DNA from: Candidatus Electrothrix sp. GW3-4
GTDB lineage: Bacteria; Desulfobacterota; Desulfobulbia; Desulfobulbales; Desulfobulbaceae
Reading direction: 5' to 3'
Assembly (NCBI RefSeq): GCF_037902255.1
Contig: NZ_CP147990.1
Location: forward strand, 180,001 to 212,000
Length of the DNA: 32,000 nucleotides
Every line of letters starts with the position of its first letter. Position 1 is the first letter of the stretch. The notes under the pieces are model-generated. The model saw only the letters and a program-made list of their open reading frames with translations, had not been told where the DNA came from and did not search any database. Of this stretch, positions 25,666-32,000 are shown in pieces. Both the position numbers and the translations under genes were made by a program.

Positions 25666-27162
25666 TTAACATTCCAGTATAATTGTTACTGCAAATCCCT
25701 TGGGCTCCCGGTTCCGGGCTGAAACCGTGCCCTTGCAGGCAGCAACACAGGTCTTGACAATGGCCATGCCCAGGCCAACTCCACCGGAATCCCGATCGCG
25801 GGAGGGCTCTGGCCGGAAGAAGGGATCAAAGAGGCGATCAAGGTATTCCTTCGCCACACCAGGCCCGGAATCCTTGACTATGAGAATGACCTGCCCGTCC
25901 TTTTCCTGGGCTGTCACCGTAATCGGTCCGGCCTCCCCAGCGTACTTAACCGCATTGCGCAGCAGATTAGCCAGAGCACGAGTGAGCAGGTCTGCCGAGG
26001 CAAGGGCGGAAATTCCTGGATCAGTCTGTACATCAATCTGCACCGTTGGAGTCGCCTCTCGACGCACCGCCGCCTCCACCACAGGCAGGAGGAGGATCTG
26101 CTCCAGCTCAATCGCGCCGGAGTTCATGTCTGCCCGGGAAAAGGCCAGCAGCTCCCGGATCAGTTTGGACATCTCTTCCACATCCTCCATCACATCCTGC
26201 ACCCGCTCTTGATTCCCGCCCTCCAGGCGCTGTTCCAGGACACCGAGCCCGAATTGAATGCGGGCTACCGGGGAACCCAGCTCGTGAGCCGCATCACCGA
26301 GGAAGCGTTTCTGTCCTTTGACAAACTCATCAAGCCGGGTAGCCATATGGTTGATGGTCGTTGCCAGTCGCCCGATCTCGTCGGCCCGGGGCTCATTGAT
26401 GGAGACGTTGAAATTGCCCTTGGCGATCTCCTCGGCTGCGCGGGTCATCCGGATGATCGGCTTGGTAATATGGCGGACCAGTGGAATCCAGAGCAGGACA
26501 GAAATCAACAGAACCGCAGCTGAAACAACCATCCAGGGCAGGGGGTCAAAGAAGAAACCATTGCCTGTGATGGAATCCGAGTAGGCCAACAGCAAGCCAA
26601 ACTCGGGAGGCTGCCGGGGATCGGAAAATAAGGGGAGTTTGGTGCCAAACCAGTAGCGGGTCGGTTCCTTGGTACGCATGAACAGGTGTGGTCTCTTACC
26701 GTGCCATTTACGAGGAAAATTATTGGGGCAGTTTTTTATCTCCTGGGAGCCGCATTTTTTGTTCAAATCCGCACTTTTTTGGGCAAAACGTTCCCGCCAC
26801 GAGCCAGGCCTTCTACGGCGTAACGCCTCTTCGGATCTGAGCATAATTTGTTTGGGGAGAGTCTTTAGGGTGGGGGAAAGGATAGTCCCGTTTCTCTGGA
26901 TAACGATAAAGTCCACCCCGTTAATTGAACTGTGACGGGCAAGGATATCAGGCCACTCTTCCGGCTGTGCTTGACTGAGGTCATGGGAGATCAGCATCCC
27001 TGCAACCCGTAATCGATCCGAGCCCTGCTGTCCGAAAAGTTCGTGCAGGCGAAACTGGGGTTGAAAGGCAAAAAAGAGCGTTAACACTGCAAGCACAAGC
27101 AGCATATTAAGGAAAAACCAAGACAGGATCTTGGTAAAGAGGGTGGAGGTTGGTTTGGTCAT
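25666..27162 (-). CDS. CpxA-like sensor histidine kinase (2 TM, periplasmic domain, HAMP, HisKA, HATPase_c)
   Basis: 498 aa. HAMP is ITKPIIRMTRAAEEIAKGNF, the H-box is FLGDAAHELGSPVA, the N-box is LLRNAVKYA, and the G-boxes are DSGPGV...GGVGLGMAIV. There is a 4-nt overlap (ATGA) with the upstream response regulator gene. Confidence 0.85.
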   Translation of the reverse strand: MTKPTSTLFTKILSWFFLNMLLVLAVLTLFFAFQPQFRLHELFGQQGSDRLRVAGMLISHDLSQAQPEEWPDILARHSSINGVDFIVIQRNGTILSPTLKTLPKQIMLRSEEALRRRRPGSWRERFAQKSADLNKKCGSQEIKNCPNNFPRKWHGKRPHLFMRTKEPTRYWFGTKLPLFSDPRQPPEFGLLLAYSDSITGNGFFFDPLPWMVVSAAVLLISVLLWIPLVRHITKPIIRMTRAAEEIAKGNFNVSINEPRADEIGRLATTINHMATRLDEFVKGQKRFLGDAAHELGSPVARIQFGLGVLEQRLEGGNQERVQDVMEDVEEMSKLIRELLAFSRADMNSGAIELEQILLLPVVEAAVRREATPTVQIDVQTDPGISALASADLLTRALANLLRNAVKYAGEAGPITVTAQEKDGQVILIVKDSGPGVAKEYLDRLFDPFFRPEPSRDRDSGGVGLGMAIVKTCVAACKGTVSARNREPKGFAVTIILEC

Positions 27163-27884
27163 TCTTTTGTATCCGGGAGTTGGAACATATATCCGGCTGA
27201 GCGAATCGTGCGTATAAAACGAGGAGTACGTGGGTTCTCCCCAAGTTTTTTTCGTAATGAGGAAATATGGACATCCACAGAGCGGTCAAAGACCTCGTAG
27301 TTTCTGCCAGCAACAGCATCAAGGAGCTGGTCACGGGTCAGAACCCGGCCAGCAGAGTTGGCCAGGGTGGTCAGAAGATCGTATTCCACCGGGGTCAGAG
27401 TCAACGTCTCCTCGCTGAGCCGAACGGTTCTGGAGCCCTGCTCAATTCGTAACTCCGCAAAGCAGAGTACATCTTTGTCTTTGGTCAGCTGAGAAGATGA
27501 CTTAGCCCTCTCTTCAACCCGTTGACAGCGGCGAGTTACAGCCCGCAGACGGGCAAGCAATTCCCGGGAGGAAAAGGTCTTGGGCAGATAATCATCCGCC
27601 CCCATCTCAAGTCCCACGATCCTGTCGGTCTCGTCGCCCCGGGCGCTGAGCATCAGCACCGGGATATCAGATTCTTGCCGGAGCTGCTTCAGTACCTCAA
27701 ACCCATCCATTTCCGGCATCATCACATCCAGGATAGCGGCATGATACTCCCCGGCCCTGCTCATCTCTAAGCCCTGGGCCCCGTTATGGGCTGCCTCGAC
27801 CTCATAGCCCATAGGCTCCAGGTAATCCGCAACCAGGCGGCAGAGTTTCCGGTCGTCATCAATCATAAGTATCTTCATGGTCAT
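27159..27884 (-). CDS. OmpR-family response regulator, CpxR-like
   Basis: 241 aa. KILMIDDD, AILDVMMPEMDG, LSARGDETDRIVGLEMGADDYLPKTFSSRELLARLRAV, and the winged helix FDRSVDVHISSLRKKL...IRTIRSAGYMF closely parallel E. coli CpxR motifs. Confidence 0.85.
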   Translation of the reverse strand: MTMKILMIDDDRKLCRLVADYLEPMGYEVEAAHNGAQGLEMSRAGEYHAAILDVMMPEMDGFEVLKQLRQESDIPVLMLSARGDETDRIVGLEMGADDYLPKTFSSRELLARLRAVTRRCQRVEERAKSSSQLTKDKDVLCFAELRIEQGSRTVRLSEETLTLTPVEYDLLTTLANSAGRVLTRDQLLDAVAGRNYEVFDRSVDVHISSLRKKLGENPRTPRFIRTIRSAGYMFQLPDTKE

Positions 27885-27942
27885 CTATCCTTGAGTCGTT
27901 CTCTTCTATTGTTGCTGTTCGCAGTGCTTCCGGGCAATCATT

Positions 27943-27988
27943 TTTACAAAAACTTTACAATTTACCTTCTGACGAAAAAAATCTTTAC
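27943..27988. promoter_or_regulatory. Cluster of four TTTAC (= GTAAA on the regulator's strand) direct repeats upstream of the response regulator gene
   Basis: TTTAC occurs at 27943, 27954, 27961 and 27984. On the minus strand this reads GTAAA-TT-GTAAA-N6-GTAAA. It sits 59-104 nt upstream of the RR start and resembles the E. coli CpxR box GTAAA-N5-GTAAA, with one extra spacer nt. Confidence 0.4.
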
Positions 27989-28054
27989 ATTCATTATCTG
28001 TTTTTCGCTCTTGTGTTGAGCTGGGGGCGAGTTTTTGCTATCTTGCTTCCAGAT

Positions 28055-28152
28055 AAACTCCCCTCCCGCCCCCCTGTGCCCCTGGGGCGGGACAACAAAG
28101 TATGAACGTTAATTGAATGACTCTAAGGGGTCACCCGGTACGTTCATATAAA
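28055..28152 (+). repeat. Copy C (plus orientation) of the ~100-nt repeat element, in the galE 5' region
   Basis: AAACTCCCC, then a perfect 9-bp hairpin TCCCGCCCC (28064-28072) / GGGGCGGGA (28084-28092), then CAACAAAGTATGAACGTTAATTGAATGACTCTAAGGGG...CCCGGTACGTTCATATAAA. TATGAACGT (28101-28109) can also pair with ACGTTCATA (28140-28148). Confidence 0.75.
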
Positions 28153-28172
28153 GTATTGTGAGATGAAGCCGT

Positions 28173-29171
28173 ATGATGCAGAAGAAAAAAGTCCTCGTCA
28201 CCGGCGGTGCCGGTTATATCGGCAGTCATACCTGTAAGCTCCTTGCCCGGCGAGGATACCTCCCCATTACCTACGATAATCTGGTCTACGGTCATACCTG
28301 GGCCGTGCAATGGGGTCCCTTTATTCAGGGAGATATTCGGGATACGGCGATGTTGGATAAGGTCTTTGCTGAGCATCAGCCAGAGGCCGTTATCCACTTT
28401 GCCGCCTTTGCCTATGTGGGCGAGTCTGTGCAGGAACCGGAAAAATATTACGGCAATAATGTTTCCGGAACCCTTGCCCTGCTTGAGGTGATGCGCCGAC
28501 ATGGCTGTAAGCAATTTATCTTTTCCAGCACCTGCGCAACCTATGGTAATCCCCAGGCCCTTCCCCTGACCGAGGACCATCCCCAGCAGCCTATCAATCC
28601 CTATGGCCGCAGCAAGTTGATGATTGAGCAGATCCTTGCCGATTACAGCACAGCCTATGGGCTCTCCTTTATTTCTCTGCGCTATTTTAATGCTGCTGGT
28701 GCGGATCTGGATGGCGAGATCGGCGAAGACCATGTGCCGGAAACCCATCTCATCCCCCTGACCATTCTAGCTGCCCTGGGAAAACGTTCTGCTCTCGAGG
28801 TCTTTGGCACAGATTACGAGACCCGGGACGGCACTGCGATCCGGGATTATATCCATGTTGCAGACCTGGCCGATGCCCATGTGCGGGCCCTGGAGTTGTT
28901 ACAGCGGGAAAAGGAATGTCAGGTTTTCAATCTTGGTACCGGGACCGGCACCTCGGTGCAGCGTATTATCCAGACGGTTGAGGAGCTTTCAGGGCACCAG
29001 GTACCAGTCAAGTACGGTCCGCGCCGCCCAGGCGATCCCCCAGCCCTGATTGCCTCGGCAGATAAGGCTACAGAAATCTTGGGCTGGCATCCTCAGTATT
29101 CTGATATTCAAACAATTATTCGCTCTGCCCTGGCCTGGCATGCTGCGCAGGAAGCAAAAAGGGGCTCCTGA
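28173..29171 (+). CDS. galE: UDP-glucose 4-epimerase GalE
   Basis: 332 aa. VLVTGGAGYIGSH, the catalytic YGRSK motif (PINPYGRSKLMIE), RYFNAAGA, and DGTAIRDYIHVADLADAH. Confidence 0.9.
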   Translation: MMQKKKVLVTGGAGYIGSHTCKLLARRGYLPITYDNLVYGHTWAVQWGPFIQGDIRDTAMLDKVFAEHQPEAVIHFAAFAYVGESVQEPEKYYGNNVSGTLALLEVMRRHGCKQFIFSSTCATYGNPQALPLTEDHPQQPINPYGRSKLMIEQILADYSTAYGLSFISLRYFNAAGADLDGEIGEDHVPETHLIPLTILAALGKRSALEVFGTDYETRDGTAIRDYIHVADLADAHVRALELLQREKECQVFNLGTGTGTSVQRIIQTVEELSGHQVPVKYGPRRPGDPPALIASADKATEILGWHPQYSDIQTIIRSALAWHAAQEAKRGS

Positions 29172-29182
29172 CGATAACCTCC

Positions 29183-29647
29183 TTACCGTTTTCCTGGATT
29201 GATGGCGAGAATAAGCTCCCGGACGGTGGCGTAGATCCGCTCATCGCTGCTGGCCCGGGGTCCAGCCACATTGAGGGTCTTGATGGCATTTCTCGCCAGC
29301 CATTGCTCAACAGCCTGGACAGCTTCGTCCAGAGAGAAATACTCCATATTGAGGTGGAGGCAGGGACGATCATAGCGGATGGCCAGGGCCTCGGTCAAGG
29401 CGGAACCGCCCGTGAGTGGTCCATAGGAGACAATCAGGGTGCCGTCGCTCTCCTGCACATTTTTTCGGGTGCGATCCCGATAGCGGTACGAGTCCAGTTC
29501 CTGGAGGCAGTATTCTTGTCCGAGAGGCCCGTCTTCGGTTGCCCGGCCCTTAGGGAGCCAGCCTCCGTGTGGGATGCCGCATTCTCTGGCCGCATCCAAG
29601 GCCCCCCGGTCCGCTCCTGTCTGTCCGCCTGAAATTATCTTTATCAT
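29183..29647 (-). CDS. MoCo-carrier-like / YpsA-type SLOG-superfamily protein
   Basis: The track ORF 29183..29683 starts at a TTG with no SD. I prefer ATG 29647 (MIKIISGGQTGADRGALDAARECGIPHGGWLPKGRATEDGPL...YRDRTRKNVQESDGTLIV), which is the typical N-terminus and motif set of the PF12694-type family as I remember it. Confidence 0.65.
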   Translation of the reverse strand: MIKIISGGQTGADRGALDAARECGIPHGGWLPKGRATEDGPLGQEYCLQELDSYRYRDRTRKNVQESDGTLIVSYGPLTGGSALTEALAIRYDRPCLHLNMEYFSLDEAVQAVEQWLARNAIKTLNVAGPRASSDERIYATVRELILAINPGKR

Positions 29648-29769
29648 TTTTTCTTGGAGATTCGGTCTATTCCGGGTTGGCAAAAAGGAAATAATCTTTT
29701 ATCTTCTGGTTATACGCAGTTCCCTCTTATCCTGCAACCGTTAATCCCCTTGACCAGGGAGGTCTGACC

Positions 29770-30792
29770 ATGAAAGAGGCCCGTCTGTATAGCCGAAAAG
29801 AGGATCGCGTCGTTGTCTGCGCCCTTTGCCATCATCGCTGCCGCATCAAGCCAGGCAGAAGAGGGCGTTGTGGGGTGCGGGAGAATCAGGAAGGCGTTCT
29901 CTATTCCCTTGTCTACGGCAGGCTGGTGGCTGAGAATATCGATCCGGTCGAGAAAAAACCTTTCTATCACTTTCTTCCCTCCTCTCGTTCCTATTCGATC
30001 TCCACGGTGGGTTGTAATTTCTTCTGCCAGCATTGCCAGAATTATCAGATTTCCCAGTACCCACACATGTACGCCGGGGCGATTGTTGGTAATCTGCGTA
30101 CCCCAGCACAGGTCGTCGCGGCAGCGGAACAGGGCCGTTGCCAGAGTGTCAGTTATACCTATGTGGAACCGACAATTTTTTACGAGTTTGCCCGAGACTG
30201 CATGGAACTGGCCCATGCCCAGGGCCTTGCCAATCTCTTTGTCAGTAACGGCTTTATGACAGCAGAGTGCAGCCGGGAGCTGGCGCCTCTGCTTGATGGG
30301 ATCAATATTGATATCAAGTCGTTTTCCGAAGAATTTTATCAAACGGTCTGCAAGGCCTCTCTCCAGCCGGTGCTGGATACTGTCCGCCTGCTGCGGGAAC
30401 TGGGGGTCTGGGTGGAGGTGACCACCCTGGTCATTCCCGGTCTGAATGATGCCGCTGAAGAACTTGCAGGGATAGCCTCTTTTCTCAAGGAGGTGGATCC
30501 TGCCATCCCCTGGCATGTAACGGGCTTCTACCCGACCTATAAGATGCTTGATCGAGTTCCGACTTCGGTTGCCTCCCTCCGTATGGCCCGGCAGATTGGT
30601 CTGGATGCGGGCCTCCGCTTTGTCTATCAGGGCAATGTTCACTCTGGAGAAGGAGAAAGCACCTTGTGCCCCTCCTGTCACACGGAGTTGCTTTCCCGAA
30701 CTGGTTTTCTGGTCCAGAATAATCGACTTTCAGATGGTAGGTGCCCAAAATGTCAGGAAGTCATCGAAGGTGTCTGGTGCGTTCCCCAATAA
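29770..30792 (+). CDS. AmmeMemoRadiSam-system-type radical SAM enzyme (AmrS-like; PFL-activase-like)
   Basis: 340 aa with GGGAGG 8 nt upstream. N-terminal Cys cluster CALCHHRCRIKPGRRGRCGVR, radical SAM CxxxCxxC as GCNFFCQHCQN, EKKPFYHF, and a C-terminal CPSCH...CPKC. Confidence 0.75.
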   Translation: MKEARLYSRKEDRVVVCALCHHRCRIKPGRRGRCGVRENQEGVLYSLVYGRLVAENIDPVEKKPFYHFLPSSRSYSISTVGCNFFCQHCQNYQISQYPHMYAGAIVGNLRTPAQVVAAAEQGRCQSVSYTYVEPTIFYEFARDCMELAHAQGLANLFVSNGFMTAECSRELAPLLDGINIDIKSFSEEFYQTVCKASLQPVLDTVRLLRELGVWVEVTTLVIPGLNDAAEELAGIASFLKEVDPAIPWHVTGFYPTYKMLDRVPTSVASLRMARQIGLDAGLRFVYQGNVHSGEGESTLCPSCHTELLSRTGFLVQNNRLSDGRCPKCQEVIEGVWCVPQ

Positions 30793-30810
30793 TGATGAAA
30801 GGAGGTTCGA

Positions 30811-31923
30811 ATGAGATACGCTGATGTGGTTCGTTTGAAATCTGTTCAGGCCGTTCTGCTGCTCATCGCCTTGGTCGGGGCCTTTCTGCTGGGGAGGTGT
30901 ACTGGACCGGAACCGAGCAAAGAGGCCGTTGTTGAGAAAGAACAACCAGCACCTGTACAGCCAGTGGAAGAGAAGGTCCCGGTAGTTGTGGAAAAAAGCG
31001 GGGCAGTTAAACCACAGGACATCTCGGTCGAGCCCGTTCCTCCCCCAGAGACTGGGGTGGCAGACGAGGAAGGATACGATTTTACGGAGCAATGCAGGGA
31101 TATTCTGCCGGATATCCGCTGTTGGTGCTCCTGCCTCCCTGAACCTCCCTCCTTGGTGCCCTCGCCTCCCAAAGAGGTGCCTGAGATTATCCCCGAAGAA
31201 ATTCCTGAAGCCCTGCCTGAAGTAAAGTCTGAAGTAAAGCCTGAAGTAAAGCCTGAAGTAGAAGAGACCGAGGAAGAGAAAATGCCTCCTCCTGATATCC
31301 CGGTCAAGGTCGGGGAAAGGCTTCCTGAGGTCTTTCTTGGCTATGATGATGCCGTCTGTGCAGGAGACCTGGTTCCGGCAGTGCGGGCCTCGGTGGCAGA
31401 CCTTGAGGCCCAAGCCATCCTGTACGGAGTAGGGCCACTCAGCGACTGCTCAGGTATCTTTCATCGGGTCTTGATGGGAGTAAAGAAGCGTTGTCCTGAT
31501 CATGCATATCCGCCCATTGACGTGTATCGGGATTCCAGAGATCTTGCCCGTTGGTATAATGAACAGGGCGAGTTGATCCTCATCGAAGACGCCTTGCAAC
31601 GTACCGATCTGATCAGGCCGGGCATGGTCCTGTTCTACGGGCGTGCAGGAAGGGTTTTTAAGAACTTTACCGTTGATGATCTGGTTGCGACCCGAGCCGG
31701 GATTGATCATGTGGGCGTGGTGGTGCGTGTGCAGCGGGATGAAGACGGTGAGGTGTCCAATTATAGGCTGTTCCACGGGCATGGTCGTAAAGGCAAGACA
31801 TTCGCCTCAGCAACCAACTGGCATAGGCGCGAGCCTACCAGGGCCAGTTACCCGCCCTTTGGTAATGGGCGCCAGCAGCTGGTGGCCGCAGCCCGGATTG
31901 TTCGGCCTGAAGAGCAGGAGTAG
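30811..31923 (+). CDS. Membrane-anchored NlpC/P60-like (papain-fold) hydrolase with a Pro/Glu-rich repeat linker
   Basis: 370 aa with AAAGGAGG upstream, 18 nt after the radical SAM gene. N-terminal TM is AVLLLIALVGAFLLG. The linker contains PEVKSEVKPEVKPEVEE. The C-terminal domain has DCSGIFHRV (candidate catalytic Cys) and IDHVGVVV (candidate His). Confidence 0.6.
   Translation: MRYADVVRLKSVQAVLLLIALVGAFLLGRCTGPEPSKEAVVEKEQPAPVQPVEEKVPVVVEKSGAVKPQDISVEPVPPPETGVADEEGYDFTEQCRDILPDIRCWCSCLPEPPSLVPSPPKEVPEIIPEEIPEALPEVKSEVKPEVKPEVEETEEEKMPPPDIPVKVGERLPEVFLGYDDAVCAGDLVPAVRASVADLEAQAILYGVGPLSDCSGIFHRVLMGVKKRCPDHAYPPIDVYRDSRDLARWYNEQGELILIEDALQRTDLIRPGMVLFYGRAGRVFKNFTVDDLVATRAGIDHVGVVVRVQRDEDGEVSNYRLFHGHGRKGKTFASATNWHRREPTRASYPPFGNGRQQLVAAARIVRPEEQE
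31204..31263 (+). repeat. Five tandem 12-nt units (CCTGAAGTAAAG-type) within the linker-coding region
   Basis: CCTGAAGCCCTG / CCTGAAGTAAAG / TCTGAAGTAAAG / CCTGAAGTAAAG / CCTGAAGTAGAA. The units are in frame and encode (P-E-x-x)n. Confidence 0.8.
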
Positions 31924-31957
31924 GCGGGTGTATTTCGGTTGTGCCGAATTCTGGAGG

Positions 31958-31975
31958 GGCGTTTCGCGAAACGCC
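31958..31975. other. Perfect 18-nt palindrome downstream of the NlpC/P60-like gene
   Basis: GGCGTTTCGCGAAACGCC is self-complementary. No T-run follows. It could be a terminator stem or a protein-binding site. Confidence 0.4.
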
Positions 31976-32000
31976 TGTACAGGTGGAATATGCTGAGGGG

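Noticed and set aside
23894-25673. Target-site duplication flanking the IS
   Set aside because: I tested several boundary choices. The flanks (for example CCATAC versus CTTAAC) do not match, so no duplication is claimed.
27786-28019. 77-aa plus-strand ORF that would end upstream of repeat copy C
   Set aside because: It mostly overlaps the response regulator gene on the opposite strand, and its translation is low-complexity and hydrophobic. It is not credible as a gene.
28131-28748. 205-aa ORF antisense to galE
   Set aside because: It is a shadow ORF opposite a clear GalE.
29710-30681. 323-aa ORF antisense to the radical SAM gene
   Set aside because: It is a shadow ORF. The sense strand has the CxxxCxxC cluster and a strong SD.
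30730-31413. 227-aa ORF antisense to the NlpC/P60-like gene (contains an FRLYFRLYFRLY repeat)
   Set aside because: The repeat is just the reverse reading of the 12-nt linker repeat. The sense gene has a strong SD, a TM and catalytic-type motifs.

Overview
The window looks like a chromosomal segment from a delta-proteobacterial/Desulfobacterota-type organism; that taxonomic guess rests on gene content only and is low confidence. About 28 protein genes are supported. I saw no rRNA, tRNA or CRISPR.

Gene order, left to right:
- Minus-strand FecR-domain / OmpA-like lipoprotein / CHASE2-sensor operon; the CHASE2 gene runs off the left edge.
- AmpD-like amidase.
- Housekeeping block: cca-like nucleotidyltransferase, rlmE, yebC, ruvC, and a DUF2809-like membrane protein.
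- An AT-richer orphan 4-TM protein preceded by a 21-22 nt tandem repeat array.
- recC.
- A C-terminally short GlmU-like nucleotidyltransferase.
- A MASE3-like/GAF/PAS hybrid histidine kinase.
- nhaA.
- An M23 peptidase-like gene.
- A secreted 8x helical-repeat protein translationally coupled to a membrane GGDEF cyclase.
- A Tat-signal C_GCAxxG_C_C/CxxCH protein carrying a perfect 27-bp in-frame duplication.
- A strictly 21-nt-periodic repeat array of about 250 bp that stays open on both strands.
- A 2-TM protein and a 2x DUF5666-like secreted protein.
- An IS1634-type insertion sequence.
- A CpxA/CpxR-like two-component system.
- galE.
- A MoCo-carrier/SLOG-like gene divergent from an AmmeMemoRadiSam-type radical SAM gene plus an NlpC/P60-like gene.

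I cannot name a definitive new system. The best candidates for follow-up are:
1. The 21-nt periodic array at 21.8-22.06 kb.
2. A dispersed hairpin+ACAACAAA repeat family. Two of its ~100-nt copies sit in inverted orientation around the IS plus the two-component system.
3. The phased 21-22 nt repeats together with the orphan 4-TM gene next to recC.
4. The repeat-protein/diguanylate cyclase pair.
5. The SLOG / radical SAM / NlpC-P60 cluster.

All family assignments come from motif recognition by eye, not from database searches.
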